Part shown: positions 29,592 to 38,558 of the stretch, in pieces
Layout of the letters: each line of letters begins with the position of its first letter
How positions within the stretch are numbered: the stretch's first letter is position 1
From: a virus
Direction: 5' to 3' (one strand)
Length of the DNA: 64,000 nt
IMG/VR virus record: IMGVR_UViG_3300027708_000033
Location: 63,238-127,237 of that record
Translations under genes and position numbers: made by a program
Notes under the pieces: model-generated
The model's input: the letters and a program-made list of their open reading frames with translations, nothing else
What the model was told of the DNA's origin: nothing
Databases searched by the model: none

Positions 29592-30248
29592 CTACGGAAG
29601 TGACGGGTCCTGGTCGATAATCCGGTTGTATGTAACCGTGGCATTTCCGTTTTCCTGGGAAACATCCGCAACAGATTGAATGACGGTCAACATACCTTTT
29701 CTGTATGAATGAATCATCATCCCGTTGCCTAAATAGATTCCACTGTGGAACGAGTAATAACTCTTTCGGTAGTGAAACGCTACGATGTCTCCGGGTTCTG
29801 GATTTGCGGTTCGTGTTCCTGTGTGCGATTGCACCGTAGCTGAATGTTTCAGCGTGATACCTAATTGCTGATACGTCCAGTACACAAGCCCAGAACAATC
29901 CCAACCCTGAGGACTAACACCGCTGTAAACATACCAAGTATGATTTGCAGTTTTCCTAAGGGTTTTGATTGTCTTCCGCATGTCCAATGTGTTTTGCACT
30001 CGTTTAGCCTGCGCAACCGCAAGTCTCTCCAGAAGCGTTTGCTTCCTGTGAGCTTCAGCTTCTAAGAAAGTCATCGGCTGGAAAGTTTTTCCCAGTTTGA
30101 TTCCTTCGAAGTGCATTGGCTTTTCGATTGTAGTTGCAACTACCTTAACATTTTTAGGTGTTACGGTATCCGCTCCTGCTGGCGTCTCTGGATAGTTTCC
30201 TCCAAAAACAACTACCGATACGAGCGCTGTTGTTATTAACCATTTCAT
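29592..30248 (-). CDS. Secreted NlpC/P60 peptidoglycan endopeptidase
   Basis: Signal peptide; GWDCSGLV, PGDIV, HSGIYLGNGMMIHS. Confidence 0.9.
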   Translation of the reverse strand: MKWLITTALVSVVVFGGNYPETPAGADTVTPKNVKVVATTIEKPMHFEGIKLGKTFQPMTFLEAEAHRKQTLLERLAVAQAKRVQNTLDMRKTIKTLRKTANHTWYVYSGVSPQGWDCSGLVYWTYQQLGITLKHSATVQSHTGTRTANPEPGDIVAFHYRKSYYSFHSGIYLGNGMMIHSYRKGMLTVIQSVADVSQENGNATVTYNRIIDQDPSLP

Positions 30249-30343
30249 TTAGCAGCCTACCTTTCCTTGCGTTAGTACTTAGCTGTTTATTGTCCGGTCT
30301 CCCTAATCCTGATTATCGACCTCAGGATTAGACTACTTTATCA

Positions 30344-30643
30344 CTAAGCCGCGGTAGAAAGGCTCTTTAGGCCCTTTGCGATTGCTGCCATTAGGTCCGA
30401 AGCCTCTCGCGTGTTGCGAACCGAAACGAACTCACCGGTCTTGATGCTGAAGACTAAATAGTCTTTTGTTTCAGTTGTTCGAAGGACCAATAGGCCGTGA
30501 CGCTTGCGGTAGTACGCTGGAACATAGCCCGCAGGAATTTCGATTCCTGGCGCTAGGCGTGGAACTGTTTCAACTCTGGTGCGATTTTTTACTGGAACCT
30601 TTTTGATTTTAGCCGCAGGTTCAGTGGTTTTGATTTCAGTCAT
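30344..30643 (-). CDS. Hypothetical protein
   Basis: 99 aa, coupled. Confidence 0.6.
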   Translation of the reverse strand: MTEIKTTEPAAKIKKVPVKNRTRVETVPRLAPGIEIPAGYVPAYYRKRHGLLVLRTTETKDYLVFSIKTGEFVSVRNTREASDLMAAIAKGLKSLSTAA

Positions 30644-30866
30644 TTTGACTCCTTGTTGTTTGTTCTTCTTGTTTGATTAATTTGCCGCCCAGTGTGAGCA
30701 GCCAGATGGTGCAGATGATTACGAGCATCACTGCCCAAATCGTTAGGTAAGCTGCCCTACCAATAAAGCCAAGAAAGCCTTCGCGATTTGCTAGTTCGGT
30801 CGCTGCGAACATTCCTTCCTTGGCTTTACGGTAGCCGCGTTCAAAAAGCGACTTGCGCTTAGTCAC
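30636..30866 (-). CDS. Small membrane protein
   Basis: Hydrophobic C-terminal helix; GTG overlap start. Confidence 0.5.
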   Translation of the reverse strand: MTKRKSLFERGYRKAKEGMFAATELANREGFLGFIGRAAYLTIWAVMLVIICTIWLLTLGGKLIKQEEQTTRSQND

Positions 30867-31086
30867 GCTTAGCACTGCGGCGTTCGATATAGCGTTCAAT
30901 GTCTGGACCAAAAGTCCAGCCTAGAACCCATACCGTGCCGATGGTTGGAAGATTTTGTAGAAAGTCTACGAATCGTCCTTCTGCACCGAACGCAATCAGG
31001 ATTATCCAGATAAACAGATAGCCTGCGTAAGAGAGCGGTACAGTGATGATGCTTACAAAGAATCGTCTCAAAGTGTACTTGTCCAT
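30859..31086 (-). CDS. Small membrane protein
   Basis: Two hydrophobic segments; follows promoter cassette. Confidence 0.65.
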   Translation of the reverse strand: MDKYTLRRFFVSIITVPLSYAGYLFIWIILIAFGAEGRFVDFLQNLPTIGTVWVLGWTFGPDIERYIERRSAKRD

Positions 31087-31181
31087 ATTTCCTCTTTTCG
31101 TCGTTACTAGGTTTTCCTAGTAATTCAATTATACTTCATTCTGCTTCAGAAGTACATCGTTTTTTGAAACTTTTTGTAAGT

Positions 31182-31412
31182 TTAGTCGTTCTCGACTTCA
31201 ATTACTTTTCCTGCCGCATCCTCGAGAACGTAGTATTCGGTGTCGATACCGCTGTTCTTCTCGAAGTACTCAGGGAGGTCTTCACCGTTGATGTCGCCTT
31301 CGGTGAGTTCCTTGAAGAGCCGCATGGCTTCTTCATCGGATGAGGCTTCGAATGAAGCCTTCCACGATTCGACCACGTCGAACCTGAAGTTGTAGATTTT
31401 CTTTTCACTCAT
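31182..31412 (-). CDS. Acidic hypothetical protein
   Basis: 76 aa; SD GAGGAG. Confidence 0.65.
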   Translation of the reverse strand: MSEKKIYNFRFDVVESWKASFEASSDEEAMRLFKELTEGDINGEDLPEYFEKNSGIDTEYYVLEDAAGKVIEVEND

Positions 31413-31414
31413 GT

Positions 31415-31723
31415 CTACTCCTCGTCTTCTTCGTAGTCTTCGTTCTCGACTTCTTCGGTGGTTTCAGTGAATACACAAGAAGAGTACTTCTTGTTCAATC
31501 GCTGAACTTCTTCCCACATGTACTCTTCAAGTTCTTCCTGGTCGCTGAAGTAGTGACGCTCTTTCCAGTCGCTGCTTGAGATGACTCCCTTGAAGTTCAT
31601 CGTGAAGTACCAATCGTAGAACTCGTCGATTTGACCTGATGCTTCCAGCTTCCAGTCGCCGAAGTCGATTGTCGCCGTGGTGATTGTGATGTTCTTCATC
31701 TTGTTGTTTTCTTTATCAGTCAT
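31415..31723 (-). CDS. Acidic hypothetical protein
   Basis: Follows promoter cassette. Confidence 0.65.
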   Translation of the reverse strand: MTDKENNKMKNITITTATIDFGDWKLEASGQIDEFYDWYFTMNFKGVISSSDWKERHYFSDQEELEEYMWEEVQRLNKKYSSCVFTETTEEVENEDYEEDEE

Positions 31724-31823
31724 ACTGACTCCTTCATTTTGTCGTTTCTGGATTTCTCCATGGTTCTATTATACAGCGTACTGAAGCAAATGTACACTCA
31801 TTTTGATAACTTTTTGGAAAGAT

Positions 31824-32168
31824 TTAATTTATTTTTGACATTTCCGCATAAGTCTTTAACTGTTGAATCTGCACTTCACTGATTCCCCGCGTGTCTCCAC
31901 TGGAGTCGATGCCTCCCGTAAATACAACTGGACCAACGATGAAGTCTGTACCTCCGCAATACTTCACGAAGATAGATGTTGCAGCCTGATTGAATGGAAG
32001 TTTGGTCATCTTGCCATCTTCATTCGTCCACATGATGAGGTCTGGTGCTAGTCTGATTGGTTCAATGTAACCTCCAACCGCAGTCTGCATGGTTTTTAGT
32101 TGGTTGTCAACGAAAGGTATTACTTGTACCGCACCTTCAGGTGACATGATTGCCGCGAACTGTGACAT
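31824..32168 (-). CDS. DUF3846-like protein
   Basis: LKTMQTAVGGYIE..NEDGK..LPFN..AT..DFIVGPVVFTG. Confidence 0.75.
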   Translation of the reverse strand: MSQFAAIMSPEGAVQVIPFVDNQLKTMQTAVGGYIEPIRLAPDLIMWTNEDGKMTKLPFNQAATSIFVKYCGGTDFIVGPVVFTGGIDSSGDTRGISEVQIQQLKTYAEMSKIN

Positions 32169-32178
32169 GGTTCTCTCC

Positions 32179-32529
32179 TTATTTCTTTTTCTTGTATTTG
32201 TTGCTGATGATTTCAGCAGCTTTTGGACGGTTCTCGTCTGAAGTTTCTTCTATCTCTACCCAGTCGCTGTCGTTCCAGCTAGAGGTTTCGATGATAACTA
32301 ACCCATCTGCCATGCCGTAGTTTCCATCATCAGAGAAGTAATGGACGATTGGTTGTGTGAACACGCGAGCTTCTTCAGTGTGCTCATCGATGGTGATTAG
32401 TTCCGCACCTTCTTCAGGTTCTACGAAGCCAGTTGCGATGAAGATTTCATCGGCACCGTTTTCTGCATCGCTAATGAAAGCCTCTGGACAGATTTCCTGG
32501 ATTTTTGCTAGTAGTTCTTCTTTAGTCAT
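32179..32529 (-). CDS. Acidic hypothetical protein
   Basis: Coupled ORF, SD GAGG. Confidence 0.6.
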   Translation of the reverse strand: MTKEELLAKIQEICPEAFISDAENGADEIFIATGFVEPEEGAELITIDEHTEEARVFTQPIVHYFSDDGNYGMADGLVIIETSSWNDSDWVEIEETSDENRPKAAEIISNKYKKKK

Positions 32530-32755
32530 TTGATACTTCCTCTGCTGTATACTCGCCAATAAACTTGACGACGTCTGTTGACGATAGGTTTTCTGGATAG
32601 TTGGTGAACTTAGACAGGGCGATGCTCCAATCGCCTGCTATGATGCCGCACGCGTGCTCAGCAGTTTCTGCTGACACCTGGTAGCGGTAGGTGATTTTTA
32701 TCGGTGGATTTCCGTTCACCGAGATTTGCCGTGAGACCGCAAACTTTTTGCTCAC
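32522..32755 (-). CDS. Hypothetical protein
   Basis: Coupled ORF. Confidence 0.55.
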   Translation of the reverse strand: MSKKFAVSRQISVNGNPPIKITYRYQVSAETAEHACGIIAGDWSIALSKFTNYPENLSSTDVVKFIGEYTAEEVSND

Positions 32756-33117
32756 TAGTCCCAGCCTTTACAGCCGCAATAAGCGATGTCGAAAGCTCGG
32801 TGAGGTAGAGTTTGTGGGAAGGCCGGGTCTCCGCTTAGTTCCTTGTCGCAAGTTGAGCAAAGGCGCTTGCGCTCAGTTTCTGTTGTGACGCTTAGGTCGA
32901 TGCTAGCCGCAAGCTCGTTGAACCTTTTGAGAGCCTCGTCATACTTTACGTAGGTCATCACACAGATGTCGTTGTACTTGTAGTTTGGAGATTCTGACTG
33001 GATTCTCCATGCTGGTTGACCTTCGCGGATTTCGACTGAGCGAAGCGCTAGCGTCCATGGACCGTAAGGTGCGTTTGCATATGCTGGTGCAGTTAGTTCT
33101 ATTTGTTCTAGACTCAT
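32755..33117 (-). CDS. Hypothetical protein with C-terminal Cys motifs
   Basis: CSTC..YCGCKGWD; follows cassette. Confidence 0.65.
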   Translation of the reverse strand: MSLEQIELTAPAYANAPYGPWTLALRSVEIREGQPAWRIQSESPNYKYNDICVMTYVKYDEALKRFNELAASIDLSVTTETERKRLCSTCDKELSGDPAFPQTLPHRAFDIAYCGCKGWD

Positions 33118-33206
33118 TTGGTCTCCTAGTTGTCGTTTTGTCGTTTACTTCTTGGTTTTATTATACAGCATAATGAAGCAAATGTACACTTCATTTGAAA
33201 CTTTAT

Positions 33207-33392
33207 TTATTTATTTTTTGGAGTGATGCGTTTGATTACCAGCTTGTGCTTTGCTGGATGGACTTCGATGTCGATAACGTAGTCTGTAGCCTGGTTGTCG
33301 ACTGTGAAGCTAGGTTGTGATTTCCGTCCAGCAATAAAGCCTAGCACTAAAGTGGCAATGCCTACCACGAGTATGATTTCTTGATTAGTCAT
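33207..33392 (-). CDS. Small membrane protein
   Basis: N-terminal TM helix. Confidence 0.55.
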   Translation of the reverse strand: MTNQEIILVVGIATLVLGFIAGRKSQPSFTVDNQATDYVIDIEVHPAKHKLVIKRITPKNK

Positions 33393-33790
33393 TATGAAGT
33401 CGCTCTCGCCTTCTCACGGATGAAGTCTGCTATCCTTGCCGCGGTGTCTGCCTGAACTACCAAAGTAGGTCTAGACATTGCTTCGGCGCAAGACTCGTTT
33501 TCACCCTTGCACTTGCATAGGAACGCAAATGGCGTGAACTGCGCAACGATTTCATCGGCTAACTTAGATAGAGGACTTTCCTCTTCTTCGGCCTGCTCGT
33601 CTAGGTCCATGCAGCAAATAAGGCAGAGACCGTGCTCAAGCTCTTCCTCGCTGCAGTCTGTAGTGCCGCACCTTCTGCAAACACCTTCACAGTCGTTACA
33701 CCAAGCGATTTCGCCTGGTTCGTTTTTGCTGAACTCAGCAGCTAGTTTTGTTTCTTCGCATCGCGAACATTGAATCTTGTTTTCGTCCAT
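33392..33790 (-). CDS. Cys-rich zinc-finger protein
   Basis: CSRC..WCNDC..CRRC..CLIC. Confidence 0.6.
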   Translation of the reverse strand: MDENKIQCSRCEETKLAAEFSKNEPGEIAWCNDCEGVCRRCGTTDCSEEELEHGLCLICCMDLDEQAEEEESPLSKLADEIVAQFTPFAFLCKCKGENESCAEAMSRPTLVVQADTAARIADFIREKARATS

Positions 33791-33896
33791 TGCGGTTCCT
33801 TTCGTCATTTAGATTTTCCATCTGTAATCATTATACCACAGATGTGTGATGCTTGCTTCATTTTTTGATAACTTTATGGAAAGATTTCCAGCGAGT

Positions 33897-35666
33897 TTAG
33901 CGGCGGGAAGCCGAGGCCTTTGATAGCACCTTGACTGCCGCCATTCCAATCTTCTGAGCCGCGTCAACCGTGTCCTTGCCAACATGCACAACTTCACCAT
34001 TGCCGTTTACCCAACGGTTTGCTTGCACGACGTCATCGTACGTCAGCCAAAGAACTCCCACGCCGGCTTTGTAGCAACGCTCGACCCACTTGGTGGCGGC
34101 TTGAGTTTCCTCGTGAGTGTAGTGTCCATCGCTTACGACGACAAGCATGCGAGCGCCGTCACCGTGCAAGAAGTTCATCGCACCGTCTAGTGCCTTGAAC
34201 GCCTTGTCGAACTTCTCAGTTCCATCAGGAGCCGTGTAAACCTGAACCTCAGGAAGACTTTGACCTGGCTTCAAAGTCGGGAAGACATCGTTGCCATAGT
34301 AGACCATTGCCGCACGTCCTTGGACGCGCTTGGTGGCCTCAGAGAGAACCCACGCAGTCACAGCCATTGGTTCCATCGCATCGCCCATTGAACCTGAGAT
34401 GTCAACCATTACGCCGACTTTGAGCTGCGGGTTGTCGGTGTGCTTGCGCTGCGTACGACGCCATGGCTCAGTCTGAGTCAGCAAGCCTTTAGACTTGAGT
34501 GCCGCACCTTGAACAAGCGCGCGAGTGCGTAGACGTCCTGGAGGAGTTATCGACTGAATCTCTGTCTGCGAACGCTCGCGGTACTTAGCCTTGTCGAATA
34601 GTTGACCTAGCTTCACGGCTGCCGCACGCTCTTGAGAAGTCGGCTGACGTCTAGACGCTAGTGTCGACTTAGTCTTGCTACCTGCTTCAGCTTCAGCATT
34701 CTCGGTGAAGATTTTCTCCGCGATACCTTTGTGAGCGTGTTCCTCACCTGAATCTGCGCTGCGGCCTTTTGCAATCTTGACCCACTGCTCACTGATTTGC
34801 TGTTCAGCAAGTTCTCCAGCTGCAGCAATCTCTGTGATGCCTGCCGCATCAGCTAGAGCCTCAAGGATTTCCTGAATCTGCTGCTCGATGCTTTCTTGAG
34901 TCTCTTCGCCCTTTTCAGTTTGCGCAGTACGAATGGCTTCAACCCAACGGCGCGCAACGTCATACATCGGAGTGATGTTGTCGTGGTCGTCGTGCATCTG
35001 CATTTCGTTCCATAGACCGCGTAGAGTCTTTAGCAAGTCTGCACCTAGTAGAGTCTCAAGAAGCTGAGGCACGTCACCTAGGTCGCTCTCTTCGAGAACA
35101 CCAGCATCAACACGAGCTAGCGTTAGTCCAGCGAGTCGTGCGCCAGCGTGAATCGTTGAGATTTTGCTTAGTCCTTCTTCGCTTAGGTCGCCAAGCACAA
35201 TTTCAAGTGCACAAGAACGGAGGAACTCACGGTTGTTAGGAGTCGACTGCACACCGAATCCTTCGATGCGTGATTCTTCTAGAAGCTGAAGAGCCTCAAA
35301 CTCTGAACTGCTTAGTGAGCCGTGCGCTGCTTCCATCGACCAGCGAGAGTAGCGTGCGTGGCAAGCTTCGTGGAAGATGGCGCCAGATGCACGAGGCCAT
35401 TCGAATTGAGTGTCGCGTTCGCGAAGGTCGCCAACTACTTCAGCCTCAACGCCTTTTCCGAACGCAGCCTCAGTATTGACTTCGATTTCGCTTAGCGCAG
35501 GGTTGTAAGCTGCAGGTGCTGGTCCACCAGCTCCTGGACCAAGGTATACAACTAGGTCGCCTCGGTATGCCCACTGATTTACAAGCTCGCCAATCTGTGC
35601 GCCTGTCTTCAACCATGCTGGCTGAGTCATCTCTGCTCGTGTGCCATTTGTTTTGAAATGTCCCAT
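33897..35666 (-). CDS. vWA-domain protein with N-terminal HEXXH metallopeptidase-like domain (CobT-like partner)
   Basis: FHEACH..LEESRIE; MIDAS DISGSM..GTE..VVSDG. Confidence 0.85.
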   Translation of the reverse strand: MGHFKTNGTRAEMTQPAWLKTGAQIGELVNQWAYRGDLVVYLGPGAGGPAPAAYNPALSEIEVNTEAAFGKGVEAEVVGDLRERDTQFEWPRASGAIFHEACHARYSRWSMEAAHGSLSSSEFEALQLLEESRIEGFGVQSTPNNREFLRSCALEIVLGDLSEEGLSKISTIHAGARLAGLTLARVDAGVLEESDLGDVPQLLETLLGADLLKTLRGLWNEMQMHDDHDNITPMYDVARRWVEAIRTAQTEKGEETQESIEQQIQEILEALADAAGITEIAAAGELAEQQISEQWVKIAKGRSADSGEEHAHKGIAEKIFTENAEAEAGSKTKSTLASRRQPTSQERAAAVKLGQLFDKAKYRERSQTEIQSITPPGRLRTRALVQGAALKSKGLLTQTEPWRRTQRKHTDNPQLKVGVMVDISGSMGDAMEPMAVTAWVLSEATKRVQGRAAMVYYGNDVFPTLKPGQSLPEVQVYTAPDGTEKFDKAFKALDGAMNFLHGDGARMLVVVSDGHYTHEETQAATKWVERCYKAGVGVLWLTYDDVVQANRWVNGNGEVVHVGKDTVDAAQKIGMAAVKVLSKASASRR

Positions 35667-35756
35667 GTGAATCTCCTTTTTGTCGTTTGTCTCTAATTCC
35701 ATTATACACAGTTTTGAAGTAAAGTACACTTCATTTGTAAAAAACTTTTAAGTTGT

Positions 35757-35862
35757 GAGAGGGAGACCGGAGTGGTCTCAACAGTCTCCCTCTCGTGCAG
35801 GATGCAAACGACGAAGAAAGCATCCTGCCACCGAGACGGAAACGACGAAGAAAGCGTCTCGG
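35757..35862 (-). ncRNA. Candidate 3'UTR-derived sRNA: three hairpins, two with identical anti-leader loops
   Basis: CCGAGACG/CGTCTCGG and GCAGGATGC/GCATCCTGC stems each enclosing TTTCTTCGTCGTTT (minus strand); third 11-bp stem. Confidence 0.6.
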
Positions 35863-35870
35863 AGTTTCTA

Positions 35871-36854
35871 TTAGATTTTAGCTGGACGAATCTCTTCACC
35901 GTAGACTCGAGTGAACGTATCGGCAACAACCGGACGGTCCATCTCTGGAGCCTGAGCTAGAAGGTTCTGAACTGCCCACTTAGTTCCAAAAGTTGTCGCC
36001 AACTCCTTGAACGCAAGCAGCTCACGCATTTGCGGAGCCCATGAGACTTCACCAGTCTGCTGCTTCTTCGCAAGGTTCTGTGCCGCACCAACCATGTTGG
36101 TAGGTACACCAAGTTTCCTAGCTAGGTTCCAGTCAGTGGTCATCTCACTGTGAATCTTGAATCGAGACAACAACGCCTCACTCAAGTTGACTCCTGGAGC
36201 ATTCGGGTTAGTCGCTGCGACCACGAAGAATCCATCCTTCGCCTTGACTGTGCCACGCTCTGGATTTGCAGTTACCGCAAGTTCACGGCGACCATCCATT
36301 AGACCGTACACAACTGTCAAGACCTTCGGGTCGATGATACCAATCTCGTCGATGAGTAGCGGCTTGCCTTCTTCCGCAGCTCTGATGAGAGGTCCATCAA
36401 CCCAGCTGAATCCACCGTCAGTGTTTTGTACGTAGCCACCAACGAAGTCAGAAACTTCAGTGTCGCCTGTACCTAGCACTGTGTAGAGGTCGTTGCCGAA
36501 CGCTGCCTCGAAGACCGCAGTCTTACCAGTTCCTGGAGCTCCGTACAGAAGTACAAACTGTCCTGCGACATGAGCCTTGCGAACAACTTCAACATCGTTG
36601 TGCTCTCCCCACTTTCGTGCAAAGTACATGTCGCCGTTAGGACGAGTGTACTTCGAGAGTCCTTCGAGTGTCTCTGCTTCAACCACAGTTACGAATGCCT
36701 TCTTGCTAGCTGACTTTTTGGTTAGCATGCCAGTCATCGACATGTAAGCCTCTATCGCTTTCGCTGAGTCTTCGTGTTGTGTCTGTACAACTGTCGCGTA
36801 GATGGCTTCGCTTAGACCATCGTACAACTTGTTTAGATTTTCTACTGATTCCAT
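35871..36854 (-). CDS. MoxR/CbbQ/CobS-like AAA+ ATPase
   Basis: GAPGTGKT, WVDGPL, LLIDE, ATNP, LSEALLSRF. Confidence 0.9.
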   Translation of the reverse strand: MESVENLNKLYDGLSEAIYATVVQTQHEDSAKAIEAYMSMTGMLTKKSASKKAFVTVVEAETLEGLSKYTRPNGDMYFARKWGEHNDVEVVRKAHVAGQFVLLYGAPGTGKTAVFEAAFGNDLYTVLGTGDTEVSDFVGGYVQNTDGGFSWVDGPLIRAAEEGKPLLIDEIGIIDPKVLTVVYGLMDGRRELAVTANPERGTVKAKDGFFVVAATNPNAPGVNLSEALLSRFKIHSEMTTDWNLARKLGVPTNMVGAAQNLAKKQQTGEVSWAPQMRELLAFKELATTFGTKWAVQNLLAQAPEMDRPVVADTFTRVYGEEIRPAKI

Positions 36855-36878
36855 AATGTCCTCGTTTCGTCGTTATTC

Positions 36879-37346
36879 TTAGATTAGTGCGTCGGCGAAG
36901 CCGAGCACCTTTCGGGTTCTGGTGACTCGTGCAAGAATCTTGTACGGAGTCTTGTGTGCGCAGATGTCATCCAAGTCATCGACACCAATCTCTACTACGA
37001 TTGGCGCCTTGCGAAGCTTGTAGCCGTGGTCGATTATCTGAGTGAACAGCTTCTCGCCAAAGACTAGTCGCTCTTTTGCCAACTTGATGGCATCTGATTT
37101 GTAGTTGATGATTTCAAAGTTGCCATCAACATCGAGCTTTGGCTTGTCGTACGTTGAGTACGCATTCCAAGTTGCTCGTGGCTTCGATGGAGTCAGTCTG
37201 CGTCTGTACAGTGTCAATGCCACATGTGAACCGCTAGGTGACTTCATGTCTGGTGTTAGTAGCAGCTGCAACACGCTTGCATTGCCTGGCTGCTCAAGCT
37301 CTAAGTAAAGAGCCTTTCCGTAAACCTTGGTCGTCGTATCTTCCAT
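36879..37346 (-). CDS. Hypothetical protein
   Basis: 155 aa; follows cassette. Confidence 0.7.
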   Translation of the reverse strand: MEDTTTKVYGKALYLELEQPGNASVLQLLLTPDMKSPSGSHVALTLYRRRLTPSKPRATWNAYSTYDKPKLDVDGNFEIINYKSDAIKLAKERLVFGEKLFTQIIDHGYKLRKAPIVVEIGVDDLDDICAHKTPYKILARVTRTRKVLGFADALI

Positions 37347-37450
37347 GGTATTTCCCTTCGTCGTTTTGTCTGAGGCTTTTGCCTCATGTAACCATTATAC
37401 CTTGTAACTTTTCAAAAGTACAATTCATTTTGAAACTTTTTGGTGGTGTC

Positions 37451-37492
37451 CTAGACACCTGACTGAGGATTGGAACTCAGTCAGGCGCCTAG
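37451..37492 (-). terminator. Long hairpin after gene 37507-37848
   Basis: 17-bp stem with G:U pairs on the minus strand, loop TTCCAATC. Confidence 0.55.
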
Positions 37493-37506
37493 AAGCTGGA
37501 AGTCCT

Positions 37507-37848
37507 CTAGCCGAGGACCTTGAACCAGTGAGTCGCCTTTTCCCAATAAGACTTCTCGAAGATTTCCATCGAGAGAGACTTTAGGATGTCGCGGTCGATG
37601 CCGGTAGACTTTCCGTTCATGCGCTGGAAAACCTTCTTGCCGTCGACGATGCCGAACTTGGCTTCGCCCATCAGAGCCTCGGCTTCAGCTTTCGCTTCTG
37701 CTTCCATCTCGTCTGCAAGCTTCTTCAGCTCACGAGCGTCTGCCAACTTCTTTGCAACTTCCAAAGCGTTGGTGTTAGTGAGGTCTACAACTTCACTGGT
37801 GGTGGTAATCTCTGTTACCTTGGTTTCTGTCTTGATGATAGTTGCCAT
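37507..37848 (-). CDS. Hypothetical coiled-coil protein
   Basis: Follows cassette. Confidence 0.7.
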   Translation of the reverse strand: MATIIKTETKVTEITTTSEVVDLTNTNALEVAKKLADARELKKLADEMEAEAKAEAEALMGEAKFGIVDGKKVFQRMNGKSTGIDRDILKSLSMEIFEKSYWEKATHWFKVLG

Positions 37849-37998
37849 ACGCAACCACCGTCCTTTCATCTTTTGAAACTTTCGTTTCGTCGTTTATCAA
37901 ACGTTTGCTTGATAGTTCTATTATACCATGTTTTTGGAGCATTTGTTGCATTTTCGCAAACTTTTTTGAAAAAGTTTATAACGAATTGGTAACGACAT

Positions 37999-38241
37999 TT
38001 ATGCCGCGTGTTTGCCCTTTTGCATCATCTTCACTGCTAGCAAGATGAACAAACCGCTCACTAGCATGATGGCACCAATTAGCGCGTAGCCATTTGCTAT
38101 GAATCGAGTCTGGTCCATGTCGTCAGCCATGTAGATTCGTTCGTTGTAAATACCGTTCATGCGCCAGCAAGCTGCCGCAAGAAAGATGTGAGCTGTTGCT
38201 AGGTAGTTCAGCGCGTAGCGCGCGTATCGTTTTGTGCTCAT
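37999..38241 (-). CDS. Small membrane protein
   Basis: Two hydrophobic segments. Confidence 0.55.
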   Translation of the reverse strand: MSTKRYARYALNYLATAHIFLAAACWRMNGIYNERIYMADDMDQTRFIANGYALIGAIMLVSGLFILLAVKMMQKGKHAA

Positions 38242-38555
38242 TAGTTGGTCTCCTCTCGAGACTTCGATATTGGTTTTGTTACTGTTGTGTCAAAGAAAGT
38301 GTTCGCGACTTTCGTGAACTCTTCCGGTGAAGCTTGGAAGAAACCCTCCCAATTTGTTTCGCCGCACTTCACGAGCGCTGCGGCTCGTAGCATCGCGGTC
38401 GAAAGATTTTCGTATGTCTCGGTCCAAACATTAATGATGTAGTCTGTCCAAGTCAAGTCGAACTTGCCGTCTTCTCGCTTGAGTATCGCGAACTCGACTT
38501 CTTGCTTGAAGTCGATTCGCAATACTACATGCTTTTCGTCTATGCGCTCTAACAT
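38241..38555 (-). CDS. Hypothetical protein
   Basis: Coupled ORF; LTWTDYI.N.W.E. Confidence 0.6.
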   Translation of the reverse strand: MLERIDEKHVVLRIDFKQEVEFAILKREDGKFDLTWTDYIINVWTETYENLSTAMLRAAALVKCGETNWEGFFQASPEEFTKVANTFFDTTVTKPISKSREETN

Positions 38556-38558
38556 GGT

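Noticed and set aside
30249-30343. c-di-AMP (ydaO) riboswitch upstream of NlpC/P60
   Set aside because: Only a faint CAGCTAA..TAGGC resemblance; the conserved 5' half is missing and the region is too short
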